DNA of 64,000 nt from Octopus sinensis (Eukaryota). The position numbers were made by a program, and so were the translations under genes. This document shows positions 13,874-28,053 of the stretch, piece after piece. Location: the NCBI RefSeq assembly GCF_006345805.1, contig NC_043001.1, positions 47,740,001 through 47,804,000 on the forward strand, written 5' to 3'. The notes beneath the pieces are model-generated. The model had not been told where the DNA came from. It worked only from the letters and a program-made list of their open reading frames with translations, and did no database searches. Every line of letters begins with the position of its first letter. Within the stretch, counting starts at the first letter, position 1.

Positions 13874-14045
13874 CTTCATCTTGAGAGAGAAAAGTGAAGA
13901 GGGAAGGCGAAGGAAAATCGTAATCCTGGTGAGGAAATCCAGTGGTGTTGCTGTGCCATACTGGCTGTGGACTGACCGGGAGTTCGCTGGTGAAATATAT
14001 TGGCTGCTTTAAGACCGAGAAGTGAATGCAAAGATAGGCGTGTAT
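13874..14045 (-). CDS. Internal coding exon of the same minus-strand gene, C2-domain-like (IHAYLCIHFSVLKQPIYFTSELPVSPQPVWHSNTTGFPHQDYDFPSPSLFTFLSQDE)
   Basis: Acceptor actttacag|, consensus donor GAAG|GTATGT, only frame 0 is open across the 172 nt. Phase 0 start joins the 33277 exon. The AYLCIHF...TS...PVW pattern resembles C2 strands (inference). Confidence 0.65.
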
Positions 14046-14136
14046 CTGTAAAGTGTTAATAGTGTTAGTGTGTGCGTGAGAAAGAGAGAGAGAGAGAGAG
14101 AGAAGAGAGAGAGAAGAGAGTGAGTGTGTATGTGTA

Positions 14137-14169
<33 letters not shown>

Positions 14170-14461
14170 AAGAAAGAGAGTGTGTGTGTGTATGTGTGTG
14201 TGTGTGAGAGAGAAAGAAAGAGAGTGTGTGTGTGTGATCATGTGTATCTGCGTTTGTGAGTAATGTGGGAAGGCAATTTCTGTGCGTGAGTGGGTCTTTG
14301 GTTGTCTCACTCGATTACACATGTTTTTTGAATGACTATCGTGTGTATATCTGTGTGTATGTGTGTGTGTGTGTGCCTTTATATGTGCATATGAGTACGT
14401 GCGCGTATGTGTGTGTGTGCGCTCGCGCACAGAAATGTATTTACCTGTCATACTGTAGTAG

Positions 14462-14960
14462 ACGCGCGTGGCTTAATGGATAGAGTGCTAGACTCATGTT
14501 CGTAAGATTTTGGTCTCGATTCCTGGACCGGGTGACGCGTTGTGTTCTTGAGCAAAACACTTCTTTTCACATTACCCAGCTGGCAAAAATGAGTAATCCC
14601 GTGACGGACTAGAGTCCCGTCCAGGTGGGGAATATATACACCATAGAAGCCGGGAAACCGACCCTCATGAGTCGGTATGACTCGAGAAGATAACTTTACA
14701 TCTTTATTTCAGGTACATGGCTTAGTGGTTAGGATGCTGGACTCGTGATCATAAGATTGTGGTTTCGATTTCCGGACCGGACGACGCGTTGTGTTCTTGA
14801 GCAAAACACTTCATTTCACGTTGCTCCAGTCAAATCAATTGGCAAAAATGAATAATCCTGCAACAAACTGGTCTCCCGTCCAGGGGGGAAAATATATACA
14901 TAAAGGAAACCGGGGAACCGGCCCTTATAAGTCGATATGATTCAGAAAGGAAGTTTACTT
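14462..14960 (+). mobile_element. Two tandem copies of SINE type C (CORE/Meta-like central domain); related copies 1395-1668 -, 7480-7793 -, 48560-48900 +
   Basis: tggcttagtggttag head, ttcgatt(t)cc B box, ttgtgttcttgagcaaaacactt...gcaaaaatga central block. Confidence 0.75.
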
Positions 14961-15405
14961 CTTTTACTACCACAGTGTATCGTGACTGTGCATGTGATTG
15001 TGTATATATGTTGGTCGTTGACTGACCGGATATAGTAACGTGTTTTAAGTGTGGGTGTGTGGATCTTCTTGTGTTGTGTGTTTATGTGTGTGTCTATATG
15101 TATTTGTATGTTTGTGAACATCTGCGTTTATATATGTACATGAGTGTGTAAAGACATAGTAATGTGTCTATATGTAATATTGTAGCTGTCTCTGTGAGTA
15201 GGTGTTCAGGTACATATCAGTCGTTGACTGACTGGAAGCAGTATAGTTGGCTAACAGAGTGAAATACGTGTCTGTGTATGTGTTAGTGAATGTGTGCATG
15301 AGTGTGAACGCAGATGTGTCTGTCATACTGTAGTGGGAGTGAGTTGTGCGAAGGTGAGTTCGTGCATGTGATATAACTATTGCTATGTTAACCGTAAATA
15401 ATGGT

Positions 15406-15472
<67 letters not shown>

Positions 15473-15504
15473 TATATACATATACATACATACAAACATA
15501 CATG

Positions 15505-15540
<36 letters not shown>

Positions 15541-15544
15541 CACA

Positions 15545-16300
15545 TTTTCTGGTGTAAATAGATTAGGCATAGCTCAGAAGTATGCTTAGGATCGTTATCT
15601 TGCATCTGCACGAAATGCTAGGCGAAGCCTCGTCCCAGATAGAATGGCATGACGCCGGAGAACACAATGATACCCGTTTTGGTTCAGCATTTTTGTTACT
15701 AGATGAATATCCCAACACTATTGCTTGTAAAACACCACCAGATCATCACACTTCCCCTGCCATACTTTACAGTTGGAATTATACACTTAGGACTCATCCA
15801 TTCTTCAATTCTTCGCCTAGCATAAACTCTACGCAGGGATCCAAAGATTTCAAACTTTGATTCATCAGTCCAGAAGACTAGCTTCCATTGATCAACGATC
15901 CATGTTTGGTGTTTTCTGACCCATATGAGTCGCTTACGTTTATTCACAGGTCGAAGCAGTGGTTTCCTGGCAGTGCAACGACCGTTCAGACCAGCAGCAT
16001 TGAGTCCTCACGAGTCCTCCTAGTAGTAGGAGACACATTAGCTTCGCTGGCTTCACTTACTTGTGCAGTGATTTCATTTGCTGTCAAGCGCCTATTTCGA
16101 AGACTGGTGACTCTAATGAACTTATCCTGTGATTTAGAAGTCATTTTGGACTACCTAATTAAGCTCTGTTGTAATTTTTTTCTGTTTCATTATACTTTAC
16201 AATGGCGGAGATGATGACAGTGTAGGAAACTTCAACGTTTTTGGCTACATCTCGAAAACAATAGCCTTCACTACGTAATGTGACAATGATGTTATCTCAA
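15545..16300 (-). mobile_element. Fragmented Tc1 transposase
   Basis: VFWTDESKFEIFGS, TVKYGRGSVMIW and QDNDPKHTS motifs in broken frames; truncated by microsatellites. Confidence 0.85.
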
Positions 16301-17317
16301 CATATATACACCATAAACACATACATCATACATACATACATGCATACATACATACATGCATACATACATGATAATCATATGTCCATACATGCATACATCA
16401 TACATCATGCATAAATACATACATACATCATACGTCTTAATGCATACATGAATACATCATACGTACTCACATGCCATACATACACATATGCATAGATACA
16501 TACATGCATAATACATCATACGTTCATATATACATCATACAAACACATATCATACATACATGTATACATTCATACATGATACATACATACATACATACAT
16601 ACATCATACATACATACACCGTACATACATACATCATGCATAATACCTCATACATACATGCACACATACATACATCATGCATATAATATACATACATACA
16701 TACATATATAATACATCATATGTACACACATACATCATATATCATGCATAAATACATACGTACTTACATACTATACATACGTACTTACATACTATACATA
16801 CATACAGCATACATACATGCATAATACATCATAATGTACACACATACATCTTATATCATACATAAATACACACGTACTCACATACTATACATACATAATG
16901 CATATATACATACATAATACATCATACATTTATGTATACATCATACAAATATATATCATACATACGTGCATAAATTCATACCTACCTACCTACCTACCCA
17001 CATACATACATACATACATAATACATCATACATTCATATATACATCATACAAATATATATCATACATACATGCATACATTCCTACCTACCTACCTACCTA
17101 CCCACATACATACATACATACATACATACATGCATACATACATACATACATACATATATCTTACATATATCATACATATAAGCATAATTCATGCATACAT
17201 ACATAGACATATACCATATATACATGCATACATGTATACCTACATACATGCGTGCATATATTCATGCATACATATATACATAGTCATATACCATACATAC
17301 ATACATACATACATACA

Positions 17318-17348
<31 letters not shown>

Positions 17349-17350
17349 CA
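16300..17350. repeat. About 1 kb of CATA-derived low-complexity satellite with higher-order subrepeats
   Basis: aatacatcatac...atatatacatcatacaaa recurs among (CATA)n. Confidence 0.9.
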
Positions 17351-17778
17351 TTTGATGTTCACTGACAATTCATCGCACTTTGGTGAGGTAGAAAATGACG
17401 AATACTAAAATATTTGTCAAGAAGCAATTTAATTTTTTGTCGTTGCTCAAGCGATTAGATTTCGTGTGACTAATGGTTCCAGTCGCCTACAAACACCAGT
17501 TGGTTGTAGAATTTTGCTTTTTGGCTCTCAGCCAATCCAGCAAAAGAGGAGACGGCATCTGTCACTTACAAAGCAGATTCGAGAGACAGGGAACAGAGAT
17601 TGCTCGTAATTTTCTATAGCTTGCATATCGTTTGTCAATTTGTTATGATGCATACACACGCGCTCGCACACACACACACACATACACACACACACGCGCG
17701 TGCATGTCAGCATGATGTATATGTATGCATAATACGTATGTATGTCTGCATCTATGTATGTATGTATATACATGTGTG

Positions 17779-17835
<57 letters not shown>

Positions 17836-18091
17836 TTTATTTCGTATATACATGTATACATATGTATGTATATGCCACACTTCATTGATGTTTCGAGCTG
17901 TCTGGGATGCATTGGTTGCACGACGGAACTTATATTCATAAATAACACGATTTTTTTTGTCTATCCATGAGTTCACAAAAATTGATTTACCAGAGGAAAC
18001 TACAATATAATCAAACACCATGAATTGCATTTCGAAAAGTGATGATGTAAAACTTCCATGTTGTAAAAGAACGAATTGTCAGGATAAAATA

Positions 18092-19365
18092 TTAGAGTGA
18101 ACGAAATAACGGAAACACCTTAGAATTTCAAACAATTTTATTTTAATATGGGGCAGGACTACCTTCGGCAGTAATTACAGCTTGAATTCTATGAGGTATG
18201 GACTCGTACAAAGTTTGAATTGTTTCCAAATGAATTTTTATCCATATTTCAGCTAAAACAGTTTCCAGTTCTTGTAGCGATGATGGTGGAGGATATCGAC
18301 TCCTTACCTGTTTTTCTAAAATGCACCATAAATGTTCAATAATATTGAGATCTGGGGACTGTGGCCAGATAAGATGTTCAACTTCATTAGAATATTCCTC
18401 GTGCCATTCAGTAACAAGTTTAGCTATGTGAATTGGTGCATTATCATCCTAAAAGATTGCGTTTCACTCCGGAAACAGTTCTGCAACCATAGGATGAATT
18501 TGATCAGATAAAATGCTTAAATAGTCTTGACTATTAATTCTGCCACGAAAGGACACCATTGGGCAGGCGGATTTCCAAGATATAGGCCCCCAGATCATCA
18601 CAGATCCTCCTCCATGTTTAACAGATGGAAGAAGGCAGTCTGGGTCAAATACTTCTTTTGGCTGTCTCCACACGTATACTCGGCCGGTGGTCGGAAATAA
18701 GGTAAAGAATGACTCGTCCGAGAAAATAACATTCTTCCACTGATCTAGGGACCAATTCTGTAGGTTTTTACTCCACTCTGAAGGCTTTGCAACGTTTGTT
18801 TTTGAAAGTAGTGGTTTTCTGATTGTAGTCCTCCCGTGAAATCTGGTTTTGTGCAGCTCCCGGCTAAGAGTTTTTGTGGAAACTGGATTCTCGAGGTGGT
18901 CATTAAGCTCTGTAGTAATTCTGGGAGCTGTGCTTTTGTGATCCTTTCTAATAATTCGTGTAAGAGTCCGACGGTCCCTATCTGAAAGTTTTGGTTTTCT
19001 TCCGGAGTTTTGCTTTCACGAGGAGGTTTTTCCCTCTTTCTCAAAGGCTGTTATTACTTTCGAGACAGTACTTCTTGATATACCAAACATTCGGCTGTTT
19101 TCGTTACGCTTGCGCCTGCTATACGAGCACGAACAATTAATTTGACCTCTTTGAAAGTCCGATAGATCTGTCAAATTGATGAATTTCAATTACCTTTTTC
19201 TGATGATATCTGAAAAGAAACAGCAATTTTATCAAAACTTATTACGCAACACTAATAATAAATAAAAATAAACATAAAAATAAACAAGGTCTTGACGGTT
19301 TTATAGATACTTCAAAATTATGATGCTATGATATCAGGTGTTTCCATTATTTTGTCCAACCCCTG
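18092..19365 (-). mobile_element. Degenerate Tc1 element
   Basis: Right TIR (rc) caggggttggacaaaataatggaaacacc with TA, diverged left TIR gagtgaacgaaataacggaaacacc; SVKHGGGSVMIWG transposase motif. Confidence 0.8.
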
Positions 19366-19636
19366 TAAATACACGCGCGCGCGCGTATATATATCTTTTA
19401 TGTGTTTCAGTCACTTGACTTAGGCCATGCTGGAGCACCGCCTTTAGTCGAACAAATCAACTCTAGCACTTATTCTTTGTAAGCCTAGTTGATGCGTTTA
19501 CGTGGACGTAAACGCATCAACATCGGTTGTGAAACGATGGTGGGAGGACAAACACAAACAAACAAATACATACATACATACATACATACATACATACATA
19601 CATACATACATACATACATACACACACACATACGTA

Positions 19637-19668
<32 letters not shown>

Positions 19669-19891
19669 TATATATATATATACACGATAGGCCTCTTTCA
19701 GTTTCTGCCTACCAAATCCACCCACAAAAGCTTTGGTCTGCCCGAGGCCGCAGTGGAAGACACTTGCCCAAGGTGCCACGCAGTGGGACTCAACCCAGAA
19801 CCATGTGGTGGGGAAGCAAGCTTCTCACTACACAACCACTTCTGCACCTATAATATGTGCGTATGTATATATATATATAATATATATTATA

Positions 19892-19964
<73 letters not shown>

Positions 19965-20015
19965 GTATATATATATATATACATATATATATACATATAT
20001 ATATATAATATATAT

Positions 20016-20069
<54 letters not shown>

Positions 20070-20137
20070 TATGTAGGTCCCGGGTTGAGTCGGGGTTAAC
20101 CACAGTAAATAAGGTACTCCATACATAGCAGAGTAAT

Positions 20138-20186
20138 GATTCCTGATGATTTCATTTGAATGAAACAGTTCTAGTCCTGTAGAAGC
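20138..20186 (+). ncRNA. Solo copy of the 29271 hammerhead family
   Basis: GAUUC-CUGAUGA-U[UUC AUUU GAA]U-GAA-ACAG(UUCUAGUC)CUGU-A-GAAGC: only the stem II loop and the outer stem I differ from the 29271 copy. Confidence 0.5.
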
Positions 20187-20202
20187 TCCTTCTATAAAAT
20201 AA

Positions 20203-20253
<51 letters not shown>

Positions 20254-20255
<2 letters not shown>

Positions 20256-21877
20256 GTTGCGGCCAAAATGTTCAGAACGGCATTGTTTTCGTCAGAAAAG
20301 TAGATATAATTTTTTTATCAAAGTTGTTTTATATTCTATAATTTTCACAGACAATAAATACGATATTATTTGTTATTGCCTGAGATTTTGGTATAATTTG
20401 AGAGGATAATAAAAAAGTTATGGATGATTTAGTGATTTACTGCAAAACCCATGGCAGCCAAAATGATCAGAACGGTTGCTTTTACTCCGTGTTTTAGTAT
20501 ATTTAACCTGCGAACTCTAATGTTTTGAATTTGTTTACGTGACGGTTCGTTTACTAAACATTAGTAAGAATATTTGCAGTGTACTTTGTTAATATAATGC
20601 CACTTACTCCGTTACCAATTCTTCAGCAGATTATTAAGCTTCGAAAGAAGGATAATTTAAGTATTGGATCTATTACAAAGATTGTTAACAAGTCAAAAAG
20701 TGTTGTACACGGTATTCTTAAGGTCTATGATGATTGTGGTTCGTGTGAAGCAAGAAAGTTTACAGGTAGGCCAAGAAAAACGACCAAGAGAGAAGATCGT
20801 GCTATGGTAAAGTTGGTTAAAAAGGACAGATTTAAAACTGCCGCTGCTGTTTCTCGGAAAATGAGCATTGTATTGAAGAAAACTTTATCTCGAAAAACCG
20901 TGTCTCGTCGTTTAGTTGAACATGACCTACAAGCAAGAGCACCTGCAGTGAAGCCACTGATCAGCTCCAAGAATAAAAAGTGTCGTCTTACCTTTGCAAC
21001 CAAACATGTGTTGTGGTCTCAAGAAAAATGGCAAACGATGCATTTCAGTGATGGATCTAAGTTTATGTTAATTGGCTCAGATGGAAAAAGGTACGTTCGT
21101 CGAAAAGTAGGTGAAAAATTGTCGCCTAAATGCCTTAAGACTGGTGTTAAATTCGGTGGAGGAAGTGTCATTGTTTGGGGTATGATATCTGGAGATGGTG
21201 TGGGCCCTTTTTTTGCGATTACATGGAAAGGTAAATGCAGGAGTTTATAAACAACTTGTAAAAGATCATATCTTGCCTGTGCTGAGAAATTCAACTAAGC
21301 GACCACCCATATTCATGCAGGACAATGCCCCATGTCACAAGGCTAAGGTGGTCATGAACTTCCTCAAGGCTGAAAAGGTTATTGTTATGGATTGGCCTGC
21401 TCAAAGCCCAGATTTCAATCCTATTGAAAATGTGTGTAATATTCTAGGAGAACGTTTGAAAGCCAGAAATCCTAAAACAACTGAGCAATTATGGAATGCC
21501 CTTCAGGAAGAATGGAATAAGATCACCCAGCAAGAAATTGAAAATTTAATTTCTTCATGCAGTCGAAGATGCCAGAGTGTGATTGAAGTTAAAGGGCTTC
21601 ACACTAAATATTAAATAATTCCAGTATTCTCTGTCATTTTTGATTATTTTGCTATTTTTTCAACCGTTCTGATCATTTTGGCCGCCATGGGTTTTGCAGT
21701 AAATCACTAAATCACTTTTGAATTATCCTCTCAAATTACACCAAAATCTCAGATAATAACAATTAATATTGTATTTATTGTCTGTGAAAATTATAGAATA
21801 TGAAACTACTATGATAAAAACTTATACCTACTTTTCTGACGAAAACAATGCCGTTCTGAACACTTTGGCCGCAACTG
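20254..21877 (+). mobile_element. Near-complete Tc1-family DNA transposon (DD34E) with long IR/DR terminal repeats
   Basis: TA at both ends; inverted repeats of about 230 bp, each with outer (gcggccaaaatgttcagaacgg) and inner (gcagccaaaatgatcagaacgg) direct repeats; transposase inside. Confidence 0.93.
20597..21614 (+). pseudogene. Tc1 transposase, single frameshift in the T7 run at 21208-21214
   Basis: FSDGSKF, VKFGGGSVIVWG, QDNAPCH, WPAQSPDFNPIE with 34 residues between D and E. Removing one T gives a 338-aa ORF. Confidence 0.9.
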
Positions 21878-21919
<42 letters not shown>

Positions 21920-22104
21920 AAGGAAAGAAACGAAACGAAACGACGCGAGGGCGCTCAGTCATACAATAATGTAATAAATAAAATGTATGCATACACTCAC
22001 AACGGCCGGTCTGGGAATCGAAACCGCGATCCTACAAACGCGAGTTCGCTGCCCTAACCACTGGGCCATTGCGCCTCCATATGTATATATATATATATAT
22101 ATAT

Positions 22105-22145
<41 letters not shown>

Positions 22146-22302
22146 GGAAAGAAACGAAACGAAACGACGCGAGGGCGCTCAGTCATACAATAATGTAATA
22201 AATAAAATGTATGCATACACTCACAACGGCCGGTCTGGGAATCGAAACCGCGATCCTACAAACGCGAGTTCGCTGCCCTAACCACTGGGCCATTGCGCCT
22301 CC

Positions 22303-22341
<39 letters not shown>

Positions 22342-23715
22342 GTAATAAATAAAATATATGCATACATACATACATATATGTACGTACCTACATCTACATG
22401 TATATATACATGCATATATAAATATATATATGTGAGTACAAGACACCACAAATAGACGTAGAACTCAACGAGAAACGAAAACATAAAAACAAGGGAACGG
22501 ACGTTTTTTAACAACGAAAAAACAGAACACAGGACAAACAACACTAGGAACATTCCCCTTCATCAGCTGTCCCCGGTTCGACTCCATGCGTGTTTCGAAG
22601 GTAAGGACAGAACACGCTCGCCGGACCGGTCCTTCCTGCGAGCGAATTAAATAAAATTCTCTTGCAGAGGGGTAAAAACAAGGAAAGAAAAAATGTGACA
22701 AGAACAGGACGTAAAAGCAATACAAATAAAAATACGAATACAAAATAAAAATACAAATATAAAAAAATACAGTACACATAAAGAATAAAAACAGGACAAA
22801 AAAACAAACATTTAGGGTCTTTTTTAGCCTAGACGAGGAAAAAATTCAGAGCGCAGGAAATAAGTCGTCGTGACTTGTAGCAGGCTGGAGTGAAAAGGAA
22901 GTAAGGTCGACTCAGCCGTGAGGGAGATGTGGAGGAGTGAGAGAGAGAGAGATAGAGAGGAAAGGAAACCAGAAAGGGGGAAAAATAAGGACAGAGACAG
23001 ACAGGAAGGAACGAAAGGTCAAGCAAAAGGTTACAGAGTTTCGCGTCATAATTGTATATAAAAACATACTGGGAGAAAGGAAAGAAACGAAACGAAACGA
23101 CGCGAGGGCGCTCAGTCATACAATCATGTAATAAATAAAATATATGCATACATACACGCACAGCCTCACACAGTCCCACACATATACCCATGTCCACACA
23201 CAAACATATATAGAAATGCACGGAGCACACAGGCACGCATCACTTCACACAGCGCACGTACATGTTTACTCATACACATACACACGCGCGCTGTTACACG
23301 TACACATACACACACGCACACTCCCATACGTGCACACACACATAGGCCCACATAATCTTATACTTGCACATACTCGCCTACACACATATACGCTAACATG
23401 CATCATCTACACGCACAGAGCTCACACGTGCTTTTGTGCATACTTACCCAGGTGACTGTTATTTCCCCTTATATTCAACCATTTCTTTCAAGTCAATTCA
23501 ACATGTGAAACCGTTAACTCAGACACGTTTTCTCCCATTTTTTGTTGTTTATTTCTCCGTTTTTCCCCCCTCTTTTCTGTCTGTCGAAGAGCGTAGGCTC
23601 GAAGTATCTAAGGCCTTTCCATCTCTCCTTAGTGTCAACTAATACATCTTGTTTGTCGAACTAGTACATTTTTTATATATCTCTGTTCTTCTTTGTTTTT
23701 TTTTGCACATTTGAA

Positions 23716-23797
<82 letters not shown>

Positions 23798-23834
23798 GAC
23801 TGTCTATCTATCTGTCTGTCTGTCTGTCTGACTG

Positions 23835-23971
<137 letters not shown>

Positions 23972-26049
23972 ATATATAGACATGTATGTATATATGTATA
24001 TGTGTGTGTGCGTGTGTGGAGCGAAATTTATGGTGTTTTAGGAATATCCTAGCAATGTTAGAACATTTAGACTATAGACAATCTTTCGAATCCTGCTTGC
24101 GTTTATATAATAATGTATTCTATTTGTGATGCCACTGTTTGTTAAAGCCTCAGTGTAGTAATGGCCAATATGTTTACAGGAATTCTCTTCAGATTATTAA
24201 TTAGCTATGTGCTTACTAATTTTATTAACTAAATAGCTTTGCATTATTGGGGGAATAGTTAGACTTTATATGAATGTATTGCAATTCTCCGTTAGGTTTA
24301 CCATAAGAACAGTATATACTAGTGCCTTAATCTCAAGTTATAGCCAAGTAATTAATTATACTGAGATTCGTATTAACAGTAATCTTTAAAATTTATTTGG
24401 ATATCTTAACAGACTCTTTCATAACAACATTCATTCTATAGTTAGTCATACTTCTCAAAATAAATATACTGTGATCACGATAAAACAGAACTATACGGGG
24501 TGAAAATCCTTCCGGATTAAGTTAAAGATGTGCAATAATATTCTTTCACTAACTTCATCCCAAACATACGATCTCATGCTTATATCATGGTATCCGAACG
24601 ATAGGGGTGAGGTTTGGCGCATTATTTGGTTCAGAAATATGGCCCTACATTTTGACTGCAAGTATAGGAAATTCATCAGTATGCGGTAAAATGTATAGCG
24701 ACTCTAAAAAAATATACACATGTCTTTGGACGAAAATCGCTGTGAAATAATGGGAGTAAAATGTCACCTCATCATTGAAATTATTTGAACTTTCCGCATG
24801 GCACTAACACAGCACAGCTTAGGGTTATTATATGATTTGGAAGGATATCTATATATACAGATACCAAAAGATGCTCAGTATGGCTTATAGAACCGTAGAA
24901 CTTGATAAATTAATAACTACTTCCTAAAGCATATTTGTGTCTAATTCGATTTTTCGTTCATGCCTAAAAGACTGTAGAGAAAATTCTAAAATTTTCGGCG
25001 TCTTCTACATTTTTTGCATTCCCTCACCGAGATGTATACGAGTGGTATACTTGACACTTGCAAATATTTTGCAAATATTTTGCAAATATTTTAATAACAC
25101 ACACATACACCCCCCCCCCACACACACACATTTGTGTGTGTATTGTATTTGTTGTAATTGTCCTGGCGCCCTGACTCCAGATTCCTTTGCTTTATAATTT
25201 CTTTTCACGTATGAACCATGTTTAAGGCGGCGAGCTGGCAAAATAGTGCGTTGATTAGACTAATTACGATTTATACGTCGCCAAGTCAATGACAAAAATA
25301 TAGATAACGTAGTTAAAGGGGATTAATTTCCCCCAAAAGGGAAAAAAAAGCGTATTCACAGATCTTACAAATACCTTCACTACCACTCTGTGGAGACGAC
25401 AAAAATGGTGCAATGTTAATGAAGTACTGAAGTGAAGAAAATCATCATTTCGTTATAGTAATAGCGCAGCGAAGGTGCATAACCTAGTAGTTAAGATACT
25501 GGGCTCACGACCATAAGGCCCGTGTGTTCAATTTATGCGCAGGGCGGAGCGTAGTACTTCATTTTTCGCTATTCCCGACCATTCAAATAAAATGGCTATC
25601 ACTCGAGTGCTGGTTCAATTCTCCTCAAATGCTACATCCTGGATGTTACCCTGGATCAACGATAGAAAGACCGAGTGTGTAACTATGTCTGATCGAAACA
25701 ACATAGGCATCTAAAACAACGCTCAGGAGTGACGAGTATGGATATAGATTTGATTTAAATATTTTAAAGATTAAATTGCTGAAGAGTTACTGCATGTATT
25801 TCAGAACGAAAAGGAAAATGTCATAACTTTCGTTTATTTCCAATAAGTATTTTCTACGAATAGTTAAAATAGTTCCGTTACACTTCTGTGACCTGGTCAA
25901 TGACACCATTCCATTGCATCTGTGACAAAGTTGCAGAAGTGCGATGACCTTCTTGACAATTCATAGTACACCAGAGTATTAACGTAACAGTTTCTTGTGC
26001 CTTTATTTATTTGGTATACTCGACGTATGTATATCGTTGAAAAATCAGC

Positions 26050-26775
26050 GGCTGTAGCGGTCGTCTAAGGAAAATATATTTATAGACGTAGTGTGTTAAA
26101 AAACAATATATTTCAGAGCTAGACGAATGGAGGCGGGCGCGAGTGACAGATGCGTATTTCACCATTTTTGTGTGTGCGTGGTTTGTCAATGCCATGCACT
26201 AGAATCACTTCCAACACGAAGTCACTTTGACCACTCTGAAATATATAAAATCAGAGAATTAACAATTTGAAAGAGACACAATGAGACTGCTAGGTTCAAT
26301 AACATGCAAATTATGCAATAGAAGCAGCTCTAGATTAAAATATTTATCTGTATACATACTTAACGTTTGTTATTTCGTTGCAGTGGTCGTCTCGAGAAAG
26401 ATCCATTATAGATGTAGTGTGTGTTAATCACAATATGCCTCAGAGCTAGACGAGGCGAGGCGAGCGTGGGAGTGACAGATGCGCATTTCGCAGTTCTTGC
26501 AGTTTGTCAGTACCATGCATTCAGGTCACCTCTGACATGAAGTCGCCTCGGTCATTCCGAAGTATATAGAACAAGTGAATAAACAATACACTGGTTTGTA
26601 AAGAGGCCGCAGGGCTGAATAAAATTCAAATTATGCAACAGAAGCAGTTCTAGATTGAAATATTTATCTATGTGACATACTTAACGTATGTCATAACCCA
26701 CAGGAGTCAGAAGCCGCAGTGGTCATATCGGGAAAGATTTCTTTTTAGATGCAATATACTTCAGAGCTAGCCGAA
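26050..26775. repeat. Diverged tandem repeat of about 335 bp, 2.3 copies
   Basis: cagagctagacg...gagtgacagatgcg...caaattatgcaa...gaagcag.tctagatt.aaatatttatct recurs. Confidence 0.75.
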
Positions 26776-27939
26776 ACAAAATTCGGCTCGGAAGCGATCG
26801 AATTTAAGTTTCTTGATTGCTTTGAGATGCTTTTCATGCCTTTTCCACATTTTAATTGTTTTAGTTTCAACACATGACCCCAGATCGAGTCAATTAGCAG
26901 CGAGTACAATTCCAAGAACTAAAGATACACATTTTATATAAATAAGGTAAAAGAATTTAATCCTTTTAAACATTGTTTTATTTTATCCAAAACACATTAT
27001 GTGAGCTATATGCAATTCCTTACAATTCCTTATAATAGTCACTTTACTTTCTTTTAAAGTTACTGGAAGACGTTGGCGAAGAAACGTTGTTTGTTGCTTT
27101 ACACGATTCGTCTTAGTAAGCATCAACGCGATAATCAACTTGACTGAGTGCTGTGTTTCGTGTTCACTGGAATGAAGAGAATTGGTCAAATTGAAAAAAA
27201 ACCCAGATTCTCTGACAACATTTCTCAATCTTTTTGTCTCGGAAAACCTTGAAATATTTTCCACGTCTCATAAGAATTATTAGATACATTCCGCTACAAT
27301 TTCCTAGCAAGACTCTACTTTTCCTCCGGAGGGTCACCTTGCTATCTGTATATTCCAGGGTCTCCCTACCTTAGAGAATATATACCTTACATGGATAATA
27401 AATTGTGAATATAAAATTGAACATAAAAATGGCTCAAAAACTAGCCTGTTTATCACTATTCTCGCGGAACACGGGGTTCCATCGAACCCATGTTAGAAGA
27501 CGCTGGTCTAACATGTAGCCCTTAGAGGTGAGGCCGATGTTTCGTGCAGGACATTACTATGACGGATGCAAAGGCACAAACATATATTCTAATCAATTAG
27601 TGTATCTAGAGCTACAGCGCAGGTAGAACAAGACAAAAGAAAATAAATTACAGTGGGGAAGCGCTAAGCAGTGGTAAGTAAAATTGCAATGTTATTATCA
27701 GTTGGAATATGTTTGATGCACGTTCGGACTGACAAAAGAAAATAACTTATTCTGAAATAGAGACGCACTATGAATTTCCAAACCATAACATTGAAGTTAC
27801 AAGATTGTTGTCTACAAATAGCACCATCATTACAATAAACGATCGACTAAGTTTGATCATTTACAAGAGTTCGAAATTTGAATTGAAGCGTACTCTTATC
27901 ATGCTACCTAAATACATACGCCCACACGCAAGCATGCAT

Positions 27940-28018
<79 letters not shown>

Positions 28019-28053
28019 AACACACATAAATTCACTCACTTATTATCTGTCTA

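Noticed and set aside
22550-22620. Type II hammerhead on the minus strand (GAAAC...CUGAUGA)
   Set aside because: Stem I cannot form and stem II pairing is poor.
27465-27520. hAT-like terminal motif (gggttccatcgaaccc...ctggtcta)
   Set aside because: Only one short degenerate end, with no partner TIR or TSD found.
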